From NCBI RefSeq assembly GCF_036971445.1, contig NC_091475.1, positions 49,042,001-49,106,000 on the forward strand: DNA of 64,000 nt, written 5' to 3'. This stretch comes from Narcine bancroftii. Lineage: Eukaryota. The notes under the pieces were generated by a model. It saw only the letters and a program-made list of their open reading frames with translations. It made no database searches and was not told the DNA's origin. Each line of letters opens with the position of its first letter. Position 1 is the stretch's first letter. Below, piece after piece: positions 50,211-62,604 of this stretch. Position numbers and translations under genes: made by a program.

Positions 50211-53200
50211 TGATCTTGTAAAAATTCTGAATGATAAAGTTTAGCATAAAAATCTTTTAAATTATCATTTATTTCCTGCACTTTATAAGTTTTCTGTCCT
50301 GATAAATTCTTAGTTGCAATTATTGATCTGGAAATATGTTCCATTTTTAATTGCCATGCTAAAACTTTATGAGCCCTCTAACCCAACTTATAATATTTTT
50401 GTTGTGATCTCATTATATCTCTCTCCACTCTATGTCTGCACAGCATTTAGTCTTAATTTCTTCAAGTTATCAATTTTCTCTTCTCCTCATCTTTATGTAC
50501 CTGAATTTCCTTCTCCAATTTCATTATTTCTTTATCTAATTGAATTACTTCTTCCAAATATTCTTTCTTTATTTTTGAAGTATAACTTATTATTTGACCT
50601 CTCGAATATGTTTCATAGAATCCCATAATACAAACTTAAATACAACTGAATCTTTATTATTATCTAGAAAAAAATTTATCTCATATAATCACAAAATTCA
50701 ATTTTCTTCAATAAAGTAGTATTTAGCCTCCAACTATAACCTACCTTTTGTTTTTCTTCCAATGAAATAGACAAAATTAAAGGTGAATGATCTGATAATA
50801 CCCGCACTTGATATTCCAATCTTTGTACTCTGTGTTGAAATTGTGCAGAAATTAAAAACATATCTATGTGTGAATATGTTTTAAATTAAAAATAATAAAA
50901 GAATTATCTCTTTCATCTGGGTGGATTTTTCTCCAACTATCCACTAAATCCATATCTTTCATCAAATCTGTTACCAGTTTTGCTACCTTATTGTTCTATC
51001 TTACTGTTTTATCTCCCGCTCTATCAATTTAGGGTCCAAAACAAAATTAAAGTCCCCTCCCAATATACCTTTCCCTTTGGCATTTGATAAATTCAAGAAG
51101 TCATCTTGCATAAATTTCCTATCATCTACTTTTGGTGCATATACATTCATTAAGGCCCAAAGTTCTGAATAAATCTGGCAATTTACCATAACGTATCTTC
51201 CCGCTACATCTATATTAATATGCAATATTTTAACTGGTAAATTTTTACTAATTAATATTACTGTCCCTCTAGCCTTAGAATTAAAAGATGATGCTATTAA
51301 TGACCCTACCCAATCTCTTTTTAATTTTTGATGTTCCTTTTCTGTTAACTGTGTTTCCTGTAAAAAAGCTATACCTGTTTTAATTTTTTCTATAAACTAA
51401 TACTTTTTCTGCTTTATTTGATTCTGAATCCCATTAATATTAATAATAATAAAATTCTATTTATCAGCCATCTAATCTTTCATACATCCAATAACCATCC
51501 AACTTTCCATCTCCACTCCTCTCCTACATCCAAAATACTAACTAAATAATTCATAATACAATTGTTAAATTTAGGTGTATTAAGGAGAAAAAAGAAAGAA
51601 AACAAAGAAAAGGACAGTAACCCGACCCCCCCACCGCCCCAAATCTGTAGAAGTTGTGATCAAAAACCACACCCACTCACTTGATTCTGTAGAGGCCAAG
51701 ATCATGCTCCCACCTAATTCCCCCAAAATATTACACTATCTCTTATTCCTCAAATCTACTCAAACTTACAAAGATCAATTCATTTTTTACATAGATCTAT
51801 CAGGTAAAAACTGTCCTCTATAATATTCTCTCTCCTCCTAAACTTATATCATGTCATTATCCATCCCCAACTGCAATTTTTCCACTTCCTCTCTCTCTTC
51901 AAATATCTCCCAGTCCTTGTCTCATTTTCTCAAGCAACAAATCTGCAAATACTTTCACTTCATTGGGTTCTGTAAAAAATCTGTTTTTGTCCTCAGGAAC
52001 AAAAACCTTTAAGACTGCTGGATACCTTAAAACAAAAGTGTAACCTTTCTTCCTTTGCACATTTTAAGCAGCATTGAATTCTTTTCTTTTTTTCAACAAA
52101 TCAAAACTTATATCAGGGTAAAAGAAAATCTTACTATCATTATAAATCAATGGCGATTGTTTCTCCTTCACTTGCTTCACAGCCAGCTCCAAGACCTTCT
52201 CCCTCATTCATAACAAAGCAACTTGACCAGAATCGAATGTGGCTTCTGATCTGGCTGAAGCTTAAATTGTAATGCTCAATGAGCTCTTTCAATCTCAATA
52301 TCTCCTTGAAATTCAGTTACCTCCAAAGTTTGTGGAATCCAATATTGTAAAAATATCTTCATATCTTGTCCTTCATCACCTTGTTTGTCTAACAATTTTT
52401 ATATTATTTCTTCTACTGAAATGTTCTAACATATCAATTTTTTTAGTTAATTGTTCTTTAGTTGCGTCCGCTTCAGCTTGATTCATTTGCTCTTTAACAT
52501 GCTGAAATTCAAATTATTTACCTTTAAATTTTGCATCCAACACTTCAAATTTTTGTTCCATTTGAGACATCATTCACTCCACCTCCTTTGTAGAACCCTT
52601 ATTTTCAATTATACCCTCATTACATTTTTTTTAACTTCCATTGTTAACTGTGGCAAAGTTTGCTGGAAAGTATCATATATTTATTAATTTCAGTTGTGGA
52701 TATATAAGACTCTTTTATTTACTCCTGTTTTTTTGGCCAAAACTCTCTGATCAACATTCATTTCTTCTTCTTCCTGATCCTCTTCTTGTTCACTAGAGCT
52801 GGAGCCTTCTTGAGCTTTTTTTAAAATTGCCTCCATTTTTTTGTACTCTGTGCATGCATGCACGACTCCTCGCGCATGTGCAGTGTCACTTCTTCACCCG
52901 TGGCAGACTGCCATTGTCGGGAAAGACCTTAGACAGCAATGTCCAAGGTCCCCCAGCTCCAGGCTTATCCCCAAGGGCACCTACCCTCCAGAGAGCTCCA
53001 GGATACTTCTTCAAGGTAGGCCTCTCTTCTTTATCAGCTTCTTTTACTTGTACGTTCTTGAAAAGTAACAGTCAATTTATCTTTCTTAGGTGGGATTGCA
53101 TATTGTCCTATAGGTCTTCCAATAGCTTCCCTTTCTATTTTCTTGCAGTCAGTTCAGGCTTCTTGACTCTCTTTTAAAATTTTTTTGGAGAGAGTAGAGA

Positions 53201-53250
53201 ATTCAAGTCTAGCTCCATGTTATCATTTGGCACACCCCCCCCCCCCCCCC
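50211..53250 (-). mobile_element. L1-clade LINE 5' half (5'UTR, ORF1, endonuclease); 3' half absent
   Basis: AGRYVMVNCQIYSELWALMNVYAP...ILGGDFN (51001-51225), LSDHSPL (50676-50861), and ORF1 remnants at about 51950-52840. Confidence 0.85.
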
Positions 53251-54314
53251 CACCCCGACCCTGCAATTTCTTCATTGAGGGGTTGCCCAATGCATCTTGG
53301 TACTTCAAATTTTGCTGCGATTGATGGAAATTTTCTCTCATCCCGACCAATGGGAGTAGTGTATTGGTGGTTAGGGCACAATTTCCATGTCTGGCCCCTC
53401 AGGCTCTCCCTCGTTCCATTCATATTGGAAATAAGATTCCTTTCCATGCTCAGAAGGTGCTTATGGTTTACTTATGATTGCTGATATCATGCTTTCCAAC
53501 TTGTCCAGTCTTAGCAAGATCTTCTTATAGGTCGTAGGCTCTGCACTCCAGCAGGCTTTTGTGATGGACCCCAATCGAGTGGGTGCCCGTGGATCAGAGA
53601 CACTTATCTTGCCTTTTCTCAGGCTTTTATTGCAGCTGATGGTCATCCTCGCCCATTGAGCAGGTCATAGAATGGCCAGGCCTTGTCTTACTAAGTGAAG
53701 GCACCTCCTCTACACCGCTGCTAGAAGTGAGGAGACATGCCCTCATTGAGCTCACCTCCTGCAGTAGCATTTCTGTATCACTGCCAGACACGTCGGACCC
53801 CAACTTCAGTGAAGCTAGGTCAGTGCAGCCAGACTTGGGCCTCACCCTCCACGAGGGTAGGCCGCTGTTGTCTGATCCCTCCCCCATTGGAAGTAGATTG
53901 GCTTGCCCTGACCCAACCCCCCAACAGAGGTAGGTTAGCATTGCTACTTCTCAGTGGACTGATTGCTCCCAGGCAGGCCCGCTGATTCTTCGGCACCTCG
54001 ATCGTGCTGTAGAAACTCTGTGAGCTTGAGGCCTTTTTGCTGTGCTCCTCCCCGCACCCTCCCCCCTCAGGGCATGGGAACCTCCCACTGGCTGCCCTGG
54101 ATTGCAGTTTGCTTGCTTCCTTCGAGGGAGAGCCTCCCTGGGTTTTGTGCTCGGCCTCCTTACATTGGTTGGATCATCTTAAACATGATTTACTGACATT
54201 TTTTGAACTTTTGTCGGTGCTCAAAATGGCGCCCGAGTGCTGCCAGTCAAACAGATGAATTGGCTGCACATGCGCAGATGGGATCTCATATTAGCGAACC
54301 AATGAGCAGTATGA

Positions 54315-54520
54315 AAAATAATAGAGGTATTTAAAATTATGAGGGGGGGATAGACAGAGTAAATGCAGATCGGCTTTTTCCACTGAAGTGTAGGTGAGAT
54401 ACAAACCAGAGGACATGGATTAAGAGTGAAAGGGGAAAAGTTTAGGGGAAACATGAGGGGAAACTTCATCACCCAGAGAGGGGTGAGAATGTGGAATGAG
54501 CTGCCTGCTGAGATGGTGAA
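54315..54520 (+). mobile_element. CR1 3' ORF fragment
   Basis: KGEKFRGNMRGNFITQRGVRMWNELP, close to the C-terminus of the 25422-26414 CR1 ORF. Confidence 0.8.
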
Positions 54521-56735
54521 TCCAATTTTAATCTCCGTTTTTTGTTCTTGGAGTCCCCAATTTGCAATCCTTATTGTCCAGTCAATGTCAATCGGTCTGA
54601 ACCCACATGTCCATCGCCTTGGTGAACTTCAGTACTGATTGCAGGCTCAGGAACAAGGTATGATCTTCATCTGGGAGTCTTCCTTGGGCAAACCTGGTGG
54701 GAGATCCAGTTGTGCTCTAGCTCCTCCGTCCTCTGGTTTCTTCTCCCACAGCTGGGGAACTAGTGTCTGGACTGCTCCTGCTCTCCTGGAGCTGGGGGGG
54801 GGGGAAGTGACATTTTCTCCATTACTCCCAGTCTTCTGGAGCTGGGGTGCAGTGACAGCCTCTATATTGTTCCCAGTCTCCCAGAGCCGGGGGCTGGTGG
54901 CCTCTGCCTTGCTGATGGTCTCCCTGAGCTGGGGGTCATTGGGTGCTGTACTTCCCATCATCAGGCTTAATTGTAACCCACTTTCTTCCTTTCTTTCCTC
55001 TCCATCCTTGCACTTGTTCTGTCTTTGTCTGGCACTTGCGCTGACTTCCTACTCAGATGCTGAGAGGTTGCTGGCTTCTGTTCGTACCTTGACCTTTTTC
55101 TTCCCCCTGCTTGCAGTGTCCATTGCTGGTTTCGTCATTGGGGCTTCTTGCATTTTCTTTCTTTTTCCTACTGTCTGCCATTTTCCCTCTGCAGCTCCCT
55201 CTTCCATCCACTCTGCCTCTTCAGGAGGGACCTCCAGAATTGTGGCTGGGTTTTGAGGGTTGGAGTTGGATGTGCTTGGGTCTCCTCTCTATGCCTGATC
55301 TCAGTCCCTGTTGGAGTTTCAGTTGCAGTCAAGGTTGAGGGCGTGGTGGTGTTGACCATTTGCGTTCTTATTGCCTGTGCGTAGGTGGCAGGCACTGTTG
55401 AGGTGACCTGATTCCCCGCACAAGTTGCGGCACATTCTCTTTCCACAGTCCTTGGTATGATGGCCTTCCTATTGAACATGTGCACCATTATCACTCTTTC
55501 CTTTTGCATTGGAAGTGGCTGCACCTTGAATAGTGAGTGTGGAGCCATGTTCCCCTTCTCCTGGAAGTCCCAGAGCAACTTTTCTCATCCTGCCAGGGTC
55601 TTGAATGTCACATCTAAGTGACTGCTATCCATGACATCCTAAAGGCAGTTGAAGTCATTCACCTCATATTTGAGGCATTCCATCAAGACCTTACAAATGA
55701 AGAGGTCTTGGGAAAATGGTGATCCTTGCTGAGGTCCTTCACTGCCACCCTGATGGTGTTCCGGATTCTGAGTGCTGCTGATGCAGTCATCCTCGTGGAA
55801 CTTGTGCAGGTGGGCTTTTGCTGGAAAGGGTGTTAGATTAGTCTCCAAATCAGGATGGATCAACCCCTGCATCAGTAGGCAAGCTCACACCAAATGATCT
55901 CCTGCTCCAGACAGTGCTCTTGGGTATCTTTCTCTTCCTTCCTGCAGGTATAGCTTCTCACTTCTCACAGATCTAGTTGATCAGTTCTAATAAGAACTAC
56001 ACAAGATCTGAGGCAAAAACAAAAAAAATGTGACATTACACAAAATTTTCTTTAGTCTTGTAAGGGTTAAAATGAATTGCTTGTTGCAAGCAAATTCTGT
56101 ATGCAGCTTTCAAGATGTTGTTTACATATTCTTTTGAGTGTCTCCGAGCAATGTCTTTTGAGTCAAATTTTAATGCTTGTTTGAGATTACACATGTTAAT
56201 TTAGCTTCCTTTGTTCTATGCAAGGGTAAGGAATCAGATATTCCGTCAAATTTTATTGACCGTTTAACAAAGTTTTAGAACCATCTAACAACGTTTGATG
56301 GCTTGCAACAATGTACAGCAACTATTAATAATGTTAAGAATGTCCAATAAACTCAACTCAACTTTAGTATGGATTTTTTTAACGAATAGATAACAACATT
56401 CTGATAACCTTCAAGCGATTATAAGGAAAATAGTCACTACAATTTTTAGTCAATACAAAACAGAATTTAAGACAATAGAAAGTTGGAAATTGGATTTAGA
56501 ATTCAGACTGGATCAATTAGGCTCTGTTTAGAACATTTCGAACCCAAGGAGGCACAAATGTCAACAGCATCACCAAAGCAATTGAAGAAGTGGTAAAACT
56601 TACTAAAGGATTCCTTCTGTGTGTTTATTGCAAGTTAGAACAGATTTTGGAGAAACTGCGCTTGTTTTTTAGGACTGATTTGGTTTTGGAGTTATTGTTG
56701 CACATGTTTAATATCTGAGTGTGTCAGTCGGCTGA

Positions 56736-57029
56736 ATGGATAATATGGCAGCCGGCATTGAAGCTGCTGTTCCTGAGGAGCTATGTGTCAAGAAGATGAA
56801 GGTAATGGAACTTAAAGAAGAATTGCAATGGCGGCACTTAGATACAGGTGGAAACAAAGCTGTTCTCTTTGCAAGATTGATCAAGGCACTAGAAAAGCAG
56901 AAGGTTGCAGCTGCTGGGAATACAAATCCATCAGAATTACTGCAAAAAATATCAATAGAAACTAAGATCAGCCACATGGAAGTGGTGGCTGAAGCTGTGC
57001 CACAAGATGGTGGTGAGGAGGACGGGTAA
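56736..57029 (+). pseudogene. SAP-domain-containing N-terminus of the BEL/Pao polyprotein (truncated by a stop)
   Basis: KKMKVMELKEELQWRHLDTGGNKAVLFARL fits the SAP consensus xLxVxELKxxLxxRGLxxxGxKxxLxxRL. It is the first ATG ORF after the 5' LTR. Confidence 0.75.
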
Positions 57030-59011
57030 TTCAGAGTGGAGACAAAGTCCAATAATAAGGCGGCATCTGACATCAGGATGAAATATGACCAAGTGATAGT
57101 GCATCAAATACTGGAAGCAGGAGAAGCAAGAGGAGTTCTACAGCTCCAGAGTTTCAAGTACTGCAACTACACGTTTAAAGGTTCAAGCTAACATGGCAGC
57201 TCTTGAAGCGGTAAAATAAATGCTTCAAATTAAATTGGCCTTAAAAGAGCAGGAGGATAAGAATAAGATGGGAGAAGCAGCTAATGAGGGAGGAAGTGCA
57301 GCTAAAAAGGCAAAAGGGGCAAATGGAACTGGACAAAAAAATTGCTGTTAGTCAGGCCAGGTCGAGGGCTCTGAAGTATCCGGTGCTCTAAGTAAATGAT
57401 CTAAAACATCTAGCATTTTGGAGTCCCATTTTGAGGAAGGACAACAGAAAAAGGAAATATTTAATACCAAAGAAGAGCCAGTGTTATGGTTACGAGACTT
57501 ACATGGACCCCGAAGGTTTGTTTATGCAAATTCAACTCTGAGATTGAGTTGCTAATTAGTTCAGATATACCTAAAGCTCTGAAACCATTAGATATGATGA
57601 GGAGTGTGCGAGATGGACCTTTCACTGTCAAAACTATGCTTGGTTGGATGATTAATGGACCATTAGGAGAAAGAAAAGAGGTTCAAAATCAGTCGGCTCT
57701 AAGTATCAACAAGATATCAATTGTTAAGCTTGATAGACTGTGGGAGCAGCAGTTCAAGAATGACTTTCCTGAGTGCCCCAGGGATGACCAAGACCTTCAA
57801 AGGAAGACCAGCAGTTCTTGGAATCGGTGACAAAAACTGCTAAGCTAGTTAATGATCATTATTGCATTGGATTACCTTTAAAGAGAAGGGAAATATGCAT
57901 GCCTGATAAGAGAAGTGATAATAGACTGAATTTAAAGAGAAGATTCAAAAAAGATTTTTCCTTTAATTCAGACTACACCAAATGTGTGTCTGACAGGATA
58001 TTGAAAGGTTGTACAAAGAAAGTACAAGATAATATTTTGGAATGTAGTGATGGCAAAAAAATGGTACTTACCACAACATGGGGGTTTTGCATCCATAGAA
58101 GAAAAAGCTTTGTGTGGTGTTTGATTGTGAAACAAACTTTTGGGGAGTTTCACTAAATTCTCAACTCTAACAGGATTCTGACTTGACCAGTACATTGATA
58201 AGATTCTTAACTAGATTCCATAAAGAACCTGTCATCATTACTGCAGACATTGAAGCAATGTTCCATCAGGTGAAAGTACAGAATAAAGACCATGACGTGT
58301 TACGAATTCTTTAGTGGCCTGATGGAGACTATGGTCAGAACATGGTAGAATACAGTATAACAGAGCATCTATTGGGAGTGACTTCATCACCAAGTTGTGC
58401 AAATTTAGCCCTTAGGAATTATGTTGAGTTGAGTACAATATGGAACAATTTAGCTCTCAAGCTATAAGGACCATCAGGAATAACTTCTATGTGGGTGACT
58501 GACTCACATCTGCAGCTACAGTAGCTCTTTATTGTGAGTAAAGTGTGATCTGTTACAAAGGAAGCTTTTTACTTACCAAATGGACAAGTAACAGTCACCA
58601 GGTATTGGCTCCCATACCTGAAAGAGAGAGGGCAAACAAAATGAAGAATTTGGATTTAGACTATGACAACCTTCCTGTTGAGAGGCTGACTGGTGTACAT
58701 TGGTGTGTTCAGTGTGATGTTTTTAAGTTCAAAATCATTTTGAAGGACTGACCTCTCAGAAGAAGGGGATTCTGTCAACAGTCAGTTCGATATATGATCC
58801 TCTAGAAATATTGGCACCAGTTGTCCTGACTGCCAAGAAGATCCTGCAAAATTTGTGTAGGAAGAGGATTGATTGGAATGATTGTACAAGTATGGGCATG
58901 TTGGATTCAGGATCTTTGTAAGCTGGAAGACTTCAAGATTGACAACTGCTTCAAACCCACAAATTTTAGGAATTGTAACATCTGCTCAAATGTGAAAATG
59001 GTTTTGGAACT

Positions 59012-59800
59012 TTTGGAGCGGTTCTGAAAATGGCGGCACAGACTTGTCTGCATCGGCCACTCCTGATCATGGTTGCTGCAAGAACTTAGATGTATGGAGC
59101 CATGAACAACTTTTAATGGACATTGGAATGCAGGGAATAGTGTGTGGATGAATGGGAGCAGATCCGGCCGGATGCTGCAGAGTTGTGGAACTCACCCACC
59201 TAATGGAGGTATGGAGCTTCAGACATGGCCGAGAGGAGGAGGCCGAGCCACCCGCATCGTTGGAGGCTGGTGGTTCTTCGGCTCTTCAGAGCATTGTTGG
59301 AGGTGGCTATTGTCAGGCTGCATGGAAAGGACGTACGGTGAAAATGAAGATAGTGTCGGTCCGACAAGTGCTGCGGAGCCATGCTGGGCTCATAGGTTGG
59401 GAGAGATGTGCCTAGGCCTTGTGGATAAATGGAGTTCTTGAGGCTGAGTCACCTTGGTCTCTCAGGAAGGACGGTGCTGGGGGCTCAGGCCACATGAACA
59501 TGACTGGGTGGTAGTTGGGTTCCCTACTGCTGGTGAACTTAACATCTGTGACGGGGTTGGTATTCCAACCTGTTGAAAGCTGCGCGAACAGAGCCCGCAG
59601 TGGCCTTTCAGTCTCGGGGAACATTCTTCTTCACCCGAAACTGGTGGACATTTATAACATTTAGCTGCAACCTGTCTCCTTGTACCATTATCTGGTTTCT
59701 GAAAATTGATTATTGTTGGGTAGTTTTTGTACCAGGTCAGGGGAACATTATCCTGGTTTTAATGCTGTATGGTGTTAATTGTGATTAATAAATGATACCT
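59012..59800 (+). repeat. Unclassified 789-bp insertion within BEL pol
   Basis: Flanked by GAACT (59007-59011 / 59801-59805). Removing it restores NGFGTISYLL. GC-rich head with AAAATGGCGG and AATAAA near the end. Confidence 0.7.
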
Positions 59801-60314
59801 GAACTATTAGTTACCTGTTACTGCATGATAACAAGCATCAGATACATTGTGGATTTACAATGGAAAAGGCCAGAGTGGCTCCACTGAAACCAGTCACTAT
59901 CCCATGAATGGAGTTGACAGTTGCTACCATGGCAAGCAGAATGGACACAATGTTAAAAAGAAAGTTGCAGATAAAACTAACAGACTCCATATTTTGGACT
60001 GATAGCACCTCCATGCTCAAATACATCAACAATAAAATCACAAGGTTTCGAACTTTTGTGGCTCACAGAATCACTGAAATTGATAAAATCTCACGTCCAA
60101 TTCAGTGGAGATATGTTAATGCAGTTAACAATCCTGCCAATCTGGCTCCCTGAGGTTTGAAAGTCAAGTTTTTTCTGAAGAATGAAATGTGGGTGCTAGG
60201 GCCTTGGTCTCTTCTACAGCCTCAAAAGGAGTGGTCTCAAAATCCTGATAAATTAAAATAAATTTTACCAGAAGACCCTGAAATCAGACTGTAAATGCTG
60301 TTCAAATGATGTCT

Positions 60315-60650
60315 AATCACTTGGGACGGAAGGAGGGGTAGGGTGGGGGGGGGAAAAACAGGTATCATATATAAGTAAACTACTGGATGAAGATTATATG
60401 GTGTGTAACAACCAGTGATGTACTCTCCTGTTTAATATTGGAAAATCAAAATAAAATATTAAAAAAAAAATCTCTTCTCTTCTTTGGCTTGGCTTCGCGG
60501 ACGAAGATTTATGGAGGGGTAATGTCCACGTCAGCTGCAGGCTCGTTTGTGGCTGACAAGTCCGATGTGGGACAGGCAGACACGGTTGCAGCGGTTGCAA
60601 GGGAAAATTGGTTGGTTGGGGTTGGGTGTTGGGTTTTTCCCTCCTTTGGG
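60315..60650. mobile_element. Composite insertion in BEL: L1-like 3'UTR with polyA (+, 60315-60470) tail-to-tail with RTE copy 4 (-, 60471-60648)
   Basis: G-rich 3'UTR, aataaa and A10, followed immediately by the RTE tail. Flanked by atgatgtct (60306-60314) / ataatgtct (60651-60659). Confidence 0.8.
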
Positions 60651-61215
60651 ATAATGTCTGAACAAATGGATACAGTTGCCCACTTAATTCATTACTTCTC
60701 ATCCTGAAATTGTTTGAAAAAGGCAACGCATGAATGCTCAGGTTTAAAAGATAGTTTCTGAATCGTAGCAGACAGAGCAAATAAACAAGCTATGTTCCTG
60801 CTCAATTTCAATGGGATAACATCCATCAAAAAGATCCACCACAAAAAGAAGCAAGTGATCTTGAGACTCAAGCAAAAGAAAGTCTCACAGTTGAAGAAAT
60901 GATTCATGCTGAGATGGAGATAATCTGCTTTTTCCAGAGGAAGAGATTTGCAAACAAAATTCCAAGTCTAAGAACGAGAATGGATATTCTTCAGATTAAG
61001 CCTTCGTTGCCACCGGGGCAGTTTCAGAAGGAAGACATATATGTGCACCACAGGTGGAAGCAGGTGCAATTTATATTGAATTTGTTCTGGCAAAGATGGG
61101 TAAAAGAATATCTTCCACTGTTGCAGGAGTGACAGAAATGGTTTAAAATCAGGCACTATTTCATGGCTGGGGATGTCGTGATCATCATGGACCATTCAAT
61201 GCCTTGAAATTCCTG

Positions 61216-61531
61216 TTTTTTTTAAATAATTCACACTGTGAACAATATCAACCAAAATAGATACAAATATTTCCCTCTTAAATATACACAGTGGCATTTT
61301 CTCCCCTTTTATCCCCCCTAACTTCCCTTCCCCCCAACCAATAAATGTTCAACATATACAATACAATAAAACCATAATGTCATCATAAAACGAAAATAAA
61401 CAAGAAAAATGTGTCATCTACTTTTACACACTGGATCAAGCCATTTTGTCTTCTTATCATTTTAGGAGGTGGAGGTCCGAGGCAAGCCCTCTCTGTTATG
61501 TTTCATGTACGGTTCCCAAATTTGTTCAAAG
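61216..61531 (-). mobile_element. Short L1 3' fragment of the same family as 43066-49271, inserted in BEL
   Basis: Reverse complement of about 48930-49250. PolyT at 61216. TSD AATTCCTG (61208-61215 / 61532-61539). Confidence 0.88.
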
Positions 61532-62604
61532 AATTCCTGGTTGATGGGAAGATTGTTGATAACCAGTCAAGTTCGGATCAAGACTAAAACTAGCTTTCTG
61601 AACAGACCAATTACCAAAATCTGTCTTTTACAAGAGGCAGAAACCTTTGATAATTGACTTTCACTTTCTTTTGAAATTCAACCAATATATTACTATGTTT
61701 GATTCTTTTTCTTTGCAGTGATATTATTATTTTTTAAACATAATAATTAGGGCCTGGTATTATAAGGGTTAAAAATGAATTGCTAGTTGCAAGCAAATTC
61801 TATATGCAGTTTTCAAGATGTTGTTTACATGTCCTTTTGAGTGTCTCCTAGCATCGTCTTCGAGTCAAAGTCTTATGGCTTGTTAGAGATTACACGTTAG
61901 TTTGGTTCCCTTTGTTCTATGAAAGGGCAAGGAATTAAGAATATTCTGACAAATTTTATTGACCGTTTAACAACACCATCTAACAACATTTAATGGCTGA
62001 AACAATGTATAGCAACTGATAATAATATTAAAATGTTGAAATAAACTCAACTCATCTTTATTATGAATTTGTTTGAAGGAGTCATTGACAACACCAACAT
62101 TCTGATAACCTTCAAGTGATTATAAAGAAAAATATTTGATACAAGTCTACTGTAAGGCAGACAAAGACTCACCATCGGCAGAAAATTACCGGCGCCCCTT
62201 ACAGTCAGAGAAAGTCAAGGAGAAGAGAGTTCCGCAAAGTTACTGAGCATCCATGGATTCGCCTCCAATGTTCCTGCAGTCTCTTCAGTCACACAGACTC
62301 CGGTTTAAATCATCAGCAATCCAAGCTCCAGGTCCAAACCTCTGCATGATCAGGAAGCCTCCTGCACCCTCATCACCCTCTTGTTTCCTGGTTCCAATGT
62401 CTGGTACCCCTTCAGCCAGTCTCAATCCAATCTCCAGCAGTCCACAGCCTGGTGTGAGTCCTTTGACTAATAGTTGCCAGCAGCCCTCAGACTCCGTGGA
62501 TTCCTTGCCTTAAATCACCAAAAGCTTGCTGCCTGAATATTCTTCAGCCACAGAACCCCTCATTGGTCCACCACTGTGGTCATGTAGATTCTCTTCTCTG
62601 CTTC

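Larger units (their letters stand above)
42095..55960 (-). mobile_element. Tx1-clade LINE, fragmented by later insertions (own pieces about 42095-43065, 49284-49465, 53250-53640, 54540-55960)
   Basis: 3' end aataaagtatatttttgg on minus (about 42105-42122). ORF2 C-terminal remnants (42622-42912) and endonuclease-like remnants (53250-53640). ORF1 remnants LFKVQPL...VIMVHMFN and a CCHC knuckle CRNLCGESGHLNSAC (about 55388-55432). The clade call rests on recalled motifs. Confidence 0.6.
56059..62143 (+). mobile_element. BEL/Pao LTR retrotransposon, decayed, with both LTRs
   Basis: LTRs 56059-56441 and 61761-62143; 5-bp TSD AGTCT (56054-56058 / 62144-62148). BEL pol motifs: GPFTVKTMLGW, ADIEAMFHQV, KWTSN, FWTDS, FRTFVAHRITEI, FWQRWVKEYLPLLQ, RPITKICLL. 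Confidence 0.93.

Noticed and set aside
53640-54310. GC-rich segment with a CCAAT box and AAAATGGCG motif, possibly a promoter
   Set aside because: It lies inside the Tx1 nest beside a CR1 fragment and is probably the 5' end of another retroelement; no linked host exon found.
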